Shown here: piece by piece, positions 28,546-37,943 of the stretch
Numbering within the stretch: position 1 is the first letter of the stretch
How the letters are laid out: every line of letters begins with the position of its first letter
Source of the DNA: a virus
DNA length: 64,000 nucleotides
Reading direction: 5' to 3' (one strand)
IMG/VR virus record: IMGVR_UViG_2721755455_000009
Notes under the pieces: model-generated
Told to the model about the DNA's origin: nothing
The model's input: only the letters and a program-made list of their open reading frames with translations
Databases searched by the model: none
Translations under genes and position numbers: made by a program

Positions 28546-28547
28546 CA

Positions 28548-30205
28548 TCACTGACCTCCCTCTGGCTCATGCCCTTCGGGGGACGGGGCGCCGCTGCCAT
28601 ACCCCATGTACTTGCGCAGTGCATCCCCGAAGTCGCGCACCGCAGTGGTGGCCCACTCGCCCTCTGTCATGCGCTGTTCGCCATCCCCGAAGATCGGGTC
28701 GGTGACCAACAACATGCGCTCGGTCTTCTTTGCGGCGCCAGGTCGCGTAACGTTCATGGGCTTGACCCGGGCCGGGCACCCCTGCCCCTCGGAGAACCGC
28801 ACGACCATGGGGGTGAAGCGGGGCTGCTTCTCGGGTAGCGGTCACCGGATCGCTGGCACCACTTGAGGTAGGCGGCGTAGGCCTGGCTGACGGCGCAGGA
28901 GTTGTAGGGCAGGTCCAGTTCGCCGGCCTGCCACTCGCTCCAGAAGATCTCCGGGCTCTTGCGGTTGATCTCGATCAGCGCCGACTTGGCTTCCGTCATG
29001 GGGGCCGGGGCGTAGGGGTGGAAGTCCCCCAGCGGGTACTTGAGAAGGTAGTCGTAGAACGCGGCCACGCCCCCGTTGTCGCGCCACTCGCCCAGCTTCT
29101 TGTAGTACTCGATATCTTTGGCGCGGGGCGTGTACACCACAAGGTAGCGCCGGTCCGAGTTATCCAGGGCAAGGGGCTGCAGCTCGTTCGACAGGAACGC
29201 GATGTTCATGTGGTTCTTCTCCTCGCGCCGCGTCAGATTCTTGGGATTGATCTGCACGGTCGGCGAGGTGATCAGCGCCTTCAGCCGGTTCTTGTTGTGG
29301 ACCAACTCGGCCCGGCTGGACACTTCGTCGCCCACCACGAACAGCTTGCAGCTGCGCCAGTCGTTGAACTTGTCTTCCAGCTCGTCCTGCCCCACCAGTG
29401 CCCCGTACTTGCCGTAGATGGCGACCATGATGTCGAACAGGAAGTTCTTGCCCGCGCCTTCGTCGCCGTGCATCACCACGGCCGTGCGCAGCTTGGCGCC
29501 CGGGTGCTGCAGCGGGTAAGCCAACCAGCGCAGCAGCCAATGCATGATGTCGCCGGTGTCGGCTTCATCTGCCGTGGCCCGGCTGGTCAGGTAGGAGATC
29601 AGTTCCAGCATGGGGGTCACGTCGCCGGCCTCGGGCACCATGGCCATGCCGTCGAACAGATTCACCGTGGTGACCGGGTCAGCCTGCATGGTCGGGTCGA
29701 ACACCACGTCCTCCAGCCGCACCGTCTTGCGCTTCTCACTGGCCTTCCACATGCGGACCATGTCGGCGCCATGGGCGTGGCCCATATTGGCGATCTTCAT
29801 GATCAGCCGCTCGGAGCCATCCCACACCGTGTCGGTTCCGTAAATCAGGACGAAGTGCTCAGCCAGGTGGTTGAACTTCCCCCAATCGACGGTCTTCTCC
29901 TTTTTCTTCCCCTGCACCGGCGGATCAGACTTGTCGCCTGGGGCCTTGCCACCCCCATCCCCAGAGTCGCGCGCAGCTGCGCTCACTTTGGGGGGGCGGG
30001 GGGGCGACGAACGAGATGGCTCGGCCTGCGCCTCGCCCGGCGGCACGCGCACACCCGACTGAAAGTCGACGTGCACGACAGAGTTGTCCAGCGGCGCTGG
30101 CGCGCCGAGAGCCGACGAAGCATGCGACTCTTCGGTCGCATGCGGTGACGGCGGGGGCGGGAACGAGGCCCCGCCAGCGTCGATATCGTCGGTGTGCTCA
30201 GCCAT
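28548..30205 (-). CDS. Primase-associated SF3-type helicase (DUF5906-like) with a 1-nt frameshift near 28833
   Basis: GDEGAGKN Walker A, VVGDE Walker B, DRRY; reading continues YP-EKQPRFTPM in another frame to 28548. Confidence 0.82.
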
Positions 30206-31268
30206 AGCGCCTCGCCATCGCCTCGACCACGCCCACCAGCTGCCGGCGCACCACGTCCAGGCCCTCGAGGACGTGCAGATCGTTGAAGTCGGTATCCTTC
30301 GGCCCCCGTGTCGAGGGCTTGAAGATCGGCCAGACCAAGTCGCAGCCGTCCGTGGCTTTGGCGGCCCGGCTGGCGGCCGTGCGGCCTGGGTTGATCAGCG
30401 CGCCCGTTCGCTTGTCCCGGGTCATGTAGTCGTCATCGGCCAGGACCAGGATGCGCGTGGCCGGGTACAGGCCGCGCAGCACGCGCACCACCTCGGCCAG
30501 GTTGCCGGCGTCGAGGGCCACGAACACCGGGTGCTGGTGATCGACCGCCATGCGGGCCGTCAGGCCCGTGGCATAGCCCTCGACCACCATCAACAGCGCG
30601 GTGCTGCCGGCGTCGATCTCGCCGAGGCGTATGCAGCAGCCCGGCTTGTCGAAGGCCCGCAGGTAGATCTTCATGCCATCGGGCCTGATGAACTGCAGGC
30701 CGCGAAGCGCCTGGTCACGTGGCAGGTCCGGCCGCACCAGGGGCAGCAGCGTAGTGCCGGCCGGCAGGCGTACCACCACGTCATCTTCGCCACGCCGGCG
30801 GGAAGGCCAGCGCAGCGACAGCGGGCGATCGAGCGCGCGGAAGGCCTCGCCCCGCACCTGCTTGCGGTCCAGATACGGCGTAGTGGCCGCGCGCACGCCC
30901 TTGCGCCAGATATCGATGGCCTCGGCCGCAGCATTGGCGATCTCCTGTGCGCGCTCAAGTGCTGCAGCCTCGGCCAGGGCCTTGCGGTGGGCGGCCTGGC
31001 GAGCGCGCTCGGCCTCGGACAGCGGCGCCAGGTCAATCTCCACCCTCTGCCAATCGCCGCCATGCCGATAGGTGCCGAACGAGCCGACCACATACGTGCC
31101 GCCGGCATCTGGCTGCCACAGGTGCAGCTTGTACCAGTCCTTCCCACCTTTGCCGCATGTGGTCTTGCGGCCCTTGCGGATGCGGTCATCCATGAGACGG
31201 AGATCCCGGTCGCGCAGCTCAATCCCGAAGTACTCCATCTGGCGCAGTACATCCTGATAGTTATCCAT
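30198..31268 (-). CDS. TOPRIM-domain primase
   Basis: EGYATG, DAGNL, ADDD and TDFNDL motifs. Confidence 0.88.
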   Translation of the reverse strand: MDNYQDVLRQMEYFGIELRDRDLRLMDDRIRKGRKTTCGKGGKDWYKLHLWQPDAGGTYVVGSFGTYRHGGDWQRVEIDLAPLSEAERARQAAHRKALAEAAALERAQEIANAAAEAIDIWRKGVRAATTPYLDRKQVRGEAFRALDRPLSLRWPSRRRGEDDVVVRLPAGTTLLPLVRPDLPRDQALRGLQFIRPDGMKIYLRAFDKPGCCIRLGEIDAGSTALLMVVEGYATGLTARMAVDHQHPVFVALDAGNLAEVVRVLRGLYPATRILVLADDDYMTRDKRTGALINPGRTAASRAAKATDGCDLVWPIFKPSTRGPKDTDFNDLHVLEGLDVVRRQLVGVVEAMARRYG

Positions 31269-31657
31269 CAGGCCTTGCTCCCCTTCAGGCGCTCGAGCTG
31301 GGCCGCGACCTGCAGCGCCGTGCCCATGACGCGCTCCAGCGTGTGCGCCAGGCGCGCCGTTTCGGTGACCGGGTCCAGGGGCACAGGAGGGGCATAGCCC
31401 GCTTCCCGCATGAAATATGCGGTCAGACCGTGGAAGCCGATCTCGCGCGCCTTGCGCATCAGCAGCAGCACTTGACCTGGGTTCAGCCGCTCGGAACGCG
31501 AGGGGTTGAGCGCATCCAGCAGGTAGCGTGCGGCGGCCTCGGGCGTCTTCTCGGGGTAGAGCATCTCGCCCACCTTCTTGGCGCCACCCAGGCGCTGCAC
31601 GGCCGCCTTGGCCGCGTCTAACTCATCGTCATACATCAGGATTTCATCGTCATCCAT
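31268..31657 (-). CDS. CII-like transcription regulator
   Basis: GG.KKVG..L...L...LNP...ERL pattern; position between cro and replication genes. Confidence 0.6.
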   Translation of the reverse strand: MDDDEILMYDDELDAAKAAVQRLGGAKKVGEMLYPEKTPEAAARYLLDALNPSRSERLNPGQVLLLMRKAREIGFHGLTAYFMREAGYAPPVPLDPVTETARLAHTLERVMGTALQVAAQLERLKGSKA

Positions 31658-31698
31658 GGGTCACCTCTCTACTGTGAACCGGCCGGTTTCCGGCCCCG

Positions 31699-31735
31699 TT
31701 CCGAACGGTTCCGAATCTTTCGGAACCGTTCGGAA
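31699..31735. promoter_or_regulatory. Perfect 17-bp inverted repeat with internal TTCC-N6-TTCC
   Basis: ttccgaacggttccgaa-tct-ttcggaaccgttcggaa. Confidence 0.6.
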
Positions 31736-31893
31736 TGCCTCGACGAGGCAAAAAAAGAGACTTCGGTGCATGAACCCATGCACCGAAACCTCGCAAGAAA
31801 AAGCCGCCCAGGCCCAGGACGGGCACCGGGCGGAAAATGCGCCCGGGGCGGAACACACCCCTGGCAACCACGAAACCAAGAAAGGACACATCC

Positions 31894-32130
31894 ATGCCGG
31901 CCAACACACCACAGCGCCTCGAAGAGGCCCTGCAGCGCATCGACGCCATCGAGGCGGCGCTGGGCGCGCTGACCATGCTGGCCGTGCAGCACATGCCGGC
32001 GACCGAGCAGCGGCGCTTCGCGGAAGCGCTGGCCACGTTCGGAGCGGCAGCGGAAAAGGAAGGGGATGTGGCCACGGCTACCCTGCTGACCGGGCTGCAC
32101 GGGGCGGCAGTGAGTGGGTCGGGCGCGTAG
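31894..32130 (+). CDS. Small hypothetical protein antisense to the cro operon
   Basis: AAGGA SD, MPANTPQRLEE..., good codon usage. Confidence 0.55.
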   Translation: MPANTPQRLEEALQRIDAIEAALGALTMLAVQHMPATEQRRFAEALATFGAAAEKEGDVATATLLTGLHGAAVSGSGA

Positions 32131-32311
32131 CGCGCCAATCGATCCAGCGATCGGAGAGCCTGACGGCGTCCAACGCAGCCACGTCGCTGGCGAGATCCCG
32201 GAAGAACGGCGTGCGGGCGGGGCTTTCCTTGACGCCCGTTACCCGGGGGGCGGCAAGGAAGGCCAGCAGCATGCTGCGGCGAGTGATAGCCGCACCTTCA
32301 ACGCTATGCAT
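32078..32311 (-). CDS. Small hypothetical protein downstream of cro
   Basis: Start overlaps the cro stop; the 3' end overlaps the opposite-strand ORF. Confidence 0.35.
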   Translation of the reverse strand: MHSVEGAAITRRSMLLAFLAAPRVTGVKESPARTPFFRDLASDVAALDAVRLSDRWIDWRATRPTHSLPPRAARSAG

Positions 32312-32528
32312 GAGCCGCCCCCTGCTCCGGAGCCCTACGGTTAGCCAGCTCACGCAATCCGACCTCGCCCTGTGTGAGGACCTCGATCTGGAGTGCCTCT
32401 TCAAGGCTCACCCGTCGCGTCCCACGCAACCAGTGGTTGACCTTTCCGGCGCTAACCGGCGGATCAAGGCGCTGCCCGAAGGAGGCCATGGTGATCCCAT
32501 GCTTCTGAAGGTAAGTTTTGAGCTGCAT
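32304..32528 (-). CDS. Cro-like HTH repressor
   Basis: MQLKTYL...VNHWLRGTRR...IEVLTQGEV...L; divergent from cI. Confidence 0.85.
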   Translation of the reverse strand: MQLKTYLQKHGITMASFGQRLDPPVSAGKVNHWLRGTRRVSLEEALQIEVLTQGEVGLRELANRRAPEQGAAHA

Positions 32529-32530
32529 TG

Positions 32531-32563
32531 ATCCATTATGGATCAATCCACAATGGATCACAA
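32531..32563 (-). promoter_or_regulatory. pR-like promoter with two ATCCA-N3-TGGAT operators
   Basis: TTGTGA-17-CATAAT on the minus strand; operators at 32531-32543 and 32546-32558. Confidence 0.75.
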
Positions 32564-32621
32564 AGCCATGAACTCCATTTTGTGCATTCCACAAGCGACG
32601 CCAGCTTGGGAAACTTGCTCC

Positions 32622-33020
32622 ATGGATACATGGAGAGATCGGGCGAAGTCCCGCATGCGTGAACTTGGCATCTCGCAGGAGCGTTTGGCCGAGCAGTTCA
32701 GCATGACCCCTGCAGGCATGCAGAAGTGGTTGGCTGGAGCCCGGCAGCCCGCCTTCGAGGAGATCAACCAGATCGCGGATCACCTGGGGGTCACACGTAC
32801 CTGGCTTACATATGGCACCGACCCCAACGACACTACGGATGGCCTGAGTAGCCCAGCCAAGGCGGTGGTGCGCAAGCTGATACTGCTGGAGCGCACAGGC
32901 CGACTACCAGAAAGCCTCTGGGATGCAATTGGCTCCATGGTGAACGCTGTTGCTCCGCTGCCAGAAGAAACAGCACAAGTCAAAAGTCCTGCCCCGGCGA
33001 AAAACGGCACAACAAACTAG
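32622..33020 (+). CDS. CI-like XRE HTH repressor without an S24 peptidase domain
   Basis: ISQERLAEQ...QKWLAGARQP...WLTYG; only 132 aa. Confidence 0.85.
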   Translation: MDTWRDRAKSRMRELGISQERLAEQFSMTPAGMQKWLAGARQPAFEEINQIADHLGVTRTWLTYGTDPNDTTDGLSSPAKAVVRKLILLERTGRLPESLWDAIGSMVNAVAPLPEETAQVKSPAPAKNGTTN

Positions 33021-33089
33021 AGCGCCGCCAAACTCGACTGGAGCGACGATCTATCAATTTGTTAAGCGATCCTCAGGAGGGAGACCTAG

Positions 33090-33562
33090 TGACCAGCCAT
33101 AAGCAATGCCTGAAGTGCGGACACAACGCCCAGTACGACGCAGAGCCGCCTCTCGCGTGCCCTTCCTGCGGCGCCGTGTACTCCAAGGTTGAGCAAGCCC
33201 TCCGCGAGGGACTGCCGTCGAGACCCCAACCCGCACCGAAACCCGTGACAGGCCGCGCCCCAACAACAGACGTGGACCATCATGCGTTTGCCTCGCAACT
33301 GCGCGAGGAAAGCATCTATCCCACGTTCCGGGCGGTGGCAAATCTCCTGTATTGGTGTGGCGTCGTTTTGGCCGTTCTGATCTTGCTAGGGGGACTATCT
33401 CTGGCAATGCGAGCCGGCATTGCCGCCGCGATCGGTGGCGTTGCAGGCGCAGTACTGGTGTTCGTACTCGCGCGTGTGGGTAAGGAAATGAGCCTGATGC
33501 TGGCCGACCTTAGCGACGCAACCGTTCGGATGGCAGCCCATACCGAGGGCCACAAGACGTAA
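33090..33562 (+). CDS. Zinc-ribbon plus two-TM membrane protein
   Basis: CLKC/CPSC pair and two C-terminal hydrophobic helices; GGAG SD before GTG. Confidence 0.7.
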
Positions 33563-33577
33563 GCACCCAGCGCATAA

Positions 33578-33617
33578 ATCCAAAATGGATTGACACAAGT
33601 AATCCATTTTGGATAAT
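33578..33617 (+). promoter_or_regulatory. pL-like promoter with two ATCCA-N3-TGGAT operators
   Basis: TTGACA-16-GATAAT; operators at 33578-33590 and 33602-33614. Confidence 0.8.
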
Positions 33618-33652
33618 TACCTCCGACACCCATCCCGGGTTCTGGAGGTTCC

Positions 33653-34051
33653 ATGTCCCTTGCCCCCCTTCTCGCGCTCCATGAAGCGCTTCAAGAGGCC
33701 GAGCAGTTCGCCGCCGGCTTCGAGAACGATCCCCACCAAGAAACCGATGTCGGCCTGCTGCTGAAAAAGCTGCGTGGCCAGGTCGACGTCGTGCGCGTCA
33801 CCATCGACATCACGCGCGCCCAAGCCGCCGCCGAGGCCGCGAATGCAACGCTGCCAGCACCAGAACAGCAGCTCGCCTCCTGCGACCTGTCGCCGGACGA
33901 ATACACGCGCTGGGCGCAGTTGCTCGACCCCCTGATCAAGTACGCAGGCCGGCCAGGAGATTGGGGCCGGCAGACCGCGCTGGGCATGCTGACCATGCGC
34001 CTGCTGCAGGTCCGCGAAACCCTGAAGCAGCAGATGGGAGAAGCGGTATGA
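33653..34051 (+). CDS. Hypothetical early protein
   Basis: GGAGG SD; first gene after pL. Confidence 0.75.
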   Translation: MSLAPLLALHEALQEAEQFAAGFENDPHQETDVGLLLKKLRGQVDVVRVTIDITRAQAAAEAANATLPAPEQQLASCDLSPDEYTRWAQLLDPLIKYAGRPGDWGRQTALGMLTMRLLQVRETLKQQMGEAV

Positions 34052-34683
34052 GCACCGTCCAGCCCATGCTCGACCTGGTGGAGCACCTCACCAGCGCTCC
34101 CGGCGGCCAGCCCAACCCGATCACTGCCAGCCTGCTGCTGTCCTGGCTGGCGCACCCACTGCAGCATCCGCACGGCAAGCTCAGAAAGGCCCTGGTGCTG
34201 CGTGGCCCGCGCGGCAACGGCACCGCCATGCTGCTGGACGCCATGGACCTCATCCACGGCGCCGCCTACCTTCCGCTGGGCAGCGCCAATCTGCTGGATG
34301 AACCCTTCAACGGCTTCCTGTCAGGCAAGCGCCTGGTGAAGTTCGACGAGCTGCCCAAAGTCCACAAGCATCGCGAGCACATCAAGGCCCTGATGTGCCA
34401 CCCCACTCTGCAAATCAACGCAAAGGCGCAGCCCGTTCGCACCGAGCTCAATCGCCTGAATCTCGTTTTCGTCACCGCCGATGCCGCACCCATCGGCCCC
34501 GACGACCGGCGCTATTTCGTCATCGACACGGCACCGCCAGCCCAGACCAAGCCGGAGCTGTACCGGGAGCTGATCCACTGGCGCGGCCGTGGCGCCGCCA
34601 TCGACTTCGGCGAGTACCTGCGGCAATACCCGCTGACCAAGGATTTCCTGGCCGAGCACGCATTCGAGGGGAGGCCGGCATGA
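34048..34683 (+). CDS. Stand-alone degenerate paralogue of the phage helicase ATPase domain
   Basis: Aligns by eye with 28548-30205 (WLA.PLQHP..KLR, QIN.K, DRRY); Walker A Lys replaced. Confidence 0.75.
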   Translation: MSTVQPMLDLVEHLTSAPGGQPNPITASLLLSWLAHPLQHPHGKLRKALVLRGPRGNGTAMLLDAMDLIHGAAYLPLGSANLLDEPFNGFLSGKRLVKFDELPKVHKHREHIKALMCHPTLQINAKAQPVRTELNRLNLVFVTADAAPIGPDDRRYFVIDTAPPAQTKPELYRELIHWRGRGAAIDFGEYLRQYPLTKDFLAEHAFEGRPA

Positions 34684-34811
34684 ATACCTACCGCATTCGC
34701 GTCGCAGGCCGCACCTTCACCGGCCCCTACCTGAGCGGCGGCCTGGCCGTGCTCCTTGCGCAGTGCTTCCACCGCGTGCACAGCGCCTCGGCCATCAGGG
34801 TGCAGTCATGA
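34680..34811 (+). CDS. Small hypothetical protein
   Basis: ATGA-coupled at both ends. Confidence 0.55.
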   Translation: MNTYRIRVAGRTFTGPYLSGGLAVLLAQCFHRVHSASAIRVQS

Positions 34812-34966
34812 GCACGCGCCACCACATCGAACTGGACGGTCCACATCGCAGCCGCCTGCACCAGCGCCGTGCACGCCGCCAACTGGTGGCAGTGGCCGTC
34901 TTGACCATAGCCCTGATCGCCGGCCCCTTCATCGCATCGGCAATCCACCTGTTCACAGGAGGCTGA
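34808..34966 (+). CDS. Small single-TM hypothetical protein
   Basis: ATGA coupling; C-terminal hydrophobic helix. Confidence 0.55.
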   Translation: MSTRHHIELDGPHRSRLHQRRARRQLVAVAVLTIALIAGPFIASAIHLFTGG

Positions 34967-34968
34967 CC

Positions 34969-35268
34969 ATGGAGCTGCGCATTCAGGGCCATGTCACCGC
35001 CTGCATCTGCCGCACCACCACGGATGGCCGGCCAGTGCTCGAGGTCGAACTCAAGACGCAGGACGGCCAGGCCGTGCATGCCCGGCACATCTACCCAGAC
35101 AGCACCGCCAGCAGCAGCCATGCCGCCATGACGCTGGCGCGCCAGCTCAAGGGCAAGCAGGCCGAGCTGTACACCACCACCCCCCGCTTTACGTGGCAGC
35201 GCATGGACTGCCTGGCCCAACTCATCCGCGCCGTGTCCACGGCCAGCCCCCGCAAGGATCTCGCATGA
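34969..35268 (+). CDS. Hypothetical protein (possibly OB-fold)
   Basis: AGGAGG SD; MELRIQGHV... Confidence 0.6.
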   Translation: MELRIQGHVTACICRTTTDGRPVLEVELKTQDGQAVHARHIYPDSTASSSHAAMTLARQLKGKQAELYTTTPRFTWQRMDCLAQLIRAVSTASPRKDLA

Positions 35269-35552
35269 AACCCGCCCTGACCCCCATCAACCACGGCGCC
35301 GGCTTTGGCACAAATCGCCGTGCCATCGACTCTGCGCAAGAGCCTGTGCCATCCGCCAAAGCGCTGCGCCAACGCCGCATGCGCGAGCGCGTGACCACCC
35401 CCGTGCGCGAGCAACCGATCCGGGCCAGCACCACCAAGGGCACCCTGGTGGCAACGGAGCTGCAGCCGTCCGTGCGCCCGGGCGCAATGGACGCCTTCAA
35501 GCTGCCCAGCCTGATCAGCGGCAAGCGCGTGTACCCCCGGGGGCACTCATGA
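35265..35552 (+). CDS. Hypothetical phage protein
   Basis: ATGA coupling; RPGAMDAFKLPS motif. Confidence 0.65.
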   Translation: MKPALTPINHGAGFGTNRRAIDSAQEPVPSAKALRQRRMRERVTTPVREQPIRASTTKGTLVATELQPSVRPGAMDAFKLPSLISGKRVYPRGHS

Positions 35553-35794
35553 GCAAGCCCGCCTGCAGGGCCTGCTCGCACTGGCAGCCCGACACCAGCG
35601 ACGCCCGCATGGTGCGCCTGGGCTTCGCGCACTGCGGCAAGCGGTACGCACCAGGCCACACGTTCGCTGCCACAACGCAGTGCGATCAATTCGACCCCAT
35701 GCCTACCGAGCTGCTCGACGCGCGCCGCAAGGTCGCCGCCGAGCGCGTGCAGCAGCTCAACGAAAAGGAGGCCGCCCGTGGCTCCCAAAAATAA
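35549..35794 (+). CDS. Cys-rich (Zn-binding) hypothetical protein
   Basis: CxxC...C...C pattern; coupled. Confidence 0.65.
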   Translation: MSKPACRACSHWQPDTSDARMVRLGFAHCGKRYAPGHTFAATTQCDQFDPMPTELLDARRKVAAERVQQLNEKEAARGSQK

Positions 35795-37943
35795 AGACCC
35801 CCTGATCGACCGCGAGGTCGTCATCAGCGCCGAGGCCACGGGCAAGGGCGGCAAGCCCCACCCCCAGGCCGGCCAGCGCGGCAAGGTGATCGGCAAGACT
35901 CCCGGCGGACGCCAGTACCAGATCGCCGTGGGCGACAGCCTGGTCAACCTACCCATGGATGCCTTCGATGTCGCGCAGGCTGCGCGCGAGGGCGGCGCTG
36001 GCGACGGGGTGATCTTGCACCCCACGCTACCCCTCACCCAGATCGCGCCCAGCCGCACGAACCGCATGGTGATCGAGGACGACGCACTCCACGACATGGC
36101 CGCCACCATGAAGCTGTACGGCGTGCTGCAGCCCCTGCTGCTGCGCCGCCTGCCAGCTGAGCGTCTGCAAGACACCTTCGAGGACGAAGCCACACGCCGC
36201 GCCACGCACGAAATCATTGCAGGCGAACGCCGGTACCGCGCCGCACAGATCGCGGGCCTGCGCGCCGTGCCGTACATCGAGCGCGACGCGGACAACATGC
36301 ACGCGCTGCTGATGCAGCTGATCGAGAACCTGCACCGCAGTGACCTCACGCCGCTGCAGGAAGCCCTCGGCGTGCAGCGCCTGACCCTGGACCACGGCCT
36401 CTCGATCGACGGCGCCGCCGAAGCCCTGCACAAGAGCCGCACCCACGTCTTCGAATCGCTTCGCCTGCTCACGCTGTGCCCCGAGGCCACAGCCGCCCTG
36501 GCTGCGCGCACACTGACGCGCAGCGTGGCCCTGCTGGTGGCCCAGCGCCCTACCGAGGCCATCCAGACCGAATACACCAAGCGCGTGCTCACGGGCGGCC
36601 CTGACGGCGGCCCCATGAGCTACCGCAGCGCCCTGGACCTGGCCCGGCGCAGCTACATGCTCAAGCTCGACCAGGCCCCTTTCGCGCTGGACGATGCCAC
36701 GCTATGCCCAGACGCAGGCGCCTGCTCGGTCTGCCCCAAACACACCGGCGCGTCGCCCGAACTGTGGGACAAGAACGATGCAGACGTCTGTACCGATACC
36801 GCCTGCTTCGCAGAAAAGAAGGACGCCCACTTCGAGCGCATGAAGGCCCAGGCCCAGCAGCGCGGCCAGCAGATCATCACCGGCCGCCAGGCCCGCGACA
36901 TCATGCCCAGCGAGAACGGCGCGCCCCGTGGCTACCTGCTGCTGGACAAGCCCAGCCAGGGCAGCAGCGCGCCCGTGCGCCAAGTGCTGGGCCAGGACGT
37001 GCCGGCGGCCAACGTGGTGCTGATCGAGGCGCCCAGCGGCAACCTGGTGGAAGCCGTGCCCACGCACACCGCCAGCGCAGCCGTGAAGGTCAAGGGCGAG
37101 CGCCAGGCGGCCGCCAAGGCCCAGGCCGAGAAGCCTGCTGAGCCCACGCGAGAAGCACTGCAGCGCGAGTACGAGATCCGCTGGCGCGAGCGCGCGGCCG
37201 AGGCAACGATCGACGGACTCCTGCGCCTTCCCCCTGCAGATCTCGACCACATGCCCAGCCGCGCGGCCCTGCTGATCCTCAAGCTGCTGGCCGAAGGCGT
37301 GCCCACCCAGCACCTCCACCGCATGTTCCAGCTCGACGGCAAAGACAGCCGAGCCGACCTGGATCTGCAGGACGCCATGGAGGATCTGGCCGAACAATAT
37401 CTGCCCGCGCAAATCCAGTACATGCTGATGATGGCCTGCGCCCACGACCTGCACCACACAGTCAATCCACTCTTCGAGGAGATGGCGGATCTATCCGGTG
37501 TGGATCTCGACTCAATCCAGGGCGAGGTGCAAGACAAGATGAAAGCCGAGGCCGCCACGCGCGCCGGCAAGGCAGCATCCACAGACAAGGCCACGCCCAA
37601 GCTCAAGAAGGGCAAGGCCACGGCAGCCGAAGCAACCCGCGCGATCGCGGATGCGATGGCCGCAGCCGAGGTCACCAGCCCCAACGCCATCGTTCCACTG
37701 CAGCAGGTCCGCATTCGCGTCGACCTGCGTGGCCCGGGCAAGAAGCTCATGCCGACCAAGGGCCGTCTGGCCGTCGCCATTCAGCCCATGGGCGACCGCG
37801 CCTGGATGGTCGAGCTACCCATCGATTCCTCGGTGTCCCTGGACGACGACGAGGCCATGGCCTCGGCCAAGTGCTGGGAGCTGAGCGCCGACTACACCGA
37901 GCTGGAAATCCTCAATACCGAAACCCAGGAGGCCACACCATGA
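35778..37943 (+). CDS. ParB/Spo0J-like domain protein with long extensions
   Basis: GVLQPLL, IIAGERRYRAA, ENLHRSDL, HTH, and a C..CP...C.D..CF cluster. Confidence 0.85.
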   Translation: MAPKNKDPLIDREVVISAEATGKGGKPHPQAGQRGKVIGKTPGGRQYQIAVGDSLVNLPMDAFDVAQAAREGGAGDGVILHPTLPLTQIAPSRTNRMVIEDDALHDMAATMKLYGVLQPLLLRRLPAERLQDTFEDEATRRATHEIIAGERRYRAAQIAGLRAVPYIERDADNMHALLMQLIENLHRSDLTPLQEALGVQRLTLDHGLSIDGAAEALHKSRTHVFESLRLLTLCPEATAALAARTLTRSVALLVAQRPTEAIQTEYTKRVLTGGPDGGPMSYRSALDLARRSYMLKLDQAPFALDDATLCPDAGACSVCPKHTGASPELWDKNDADVCTDTACFAEKKDAHFERMKAQAQQRGQQIITGRQARDIMPSENGAPRGYLLLDKPSQGSSAPVRQVLGQDVPAANVVLIEAPSGNLVEAVPTHTASAAVKVKGERQAAAKAQAEKPAEPTREALQREYEIRWRERAAEATIDGLLRLPPADLDHMPSRAALLILKLLAEGVPTQHLHRMFQLDGKDSRADLDLQDAMEDLAEQYLPAQIQYMLMMACAHDLHHTVNPLFEEMADLSGVDLDSIQGEVQDKMKAEAATRAGKAASTDKATPKLKKGKATAAEATRAIADAMAAAEVTSPNAIVPLQQVRIRVDLRGPGKKLMPTKGRLAVAIQPMGDRAWMVELPIDSSVSLDDDEAMASAKCWELSADYTELEILNTETQEATP

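Noticed and set aside
28825..28840. Programmed frameshift in the phage helicase
   Set aside because: No slippery heptamer; same single-base-loss pattern as in tig
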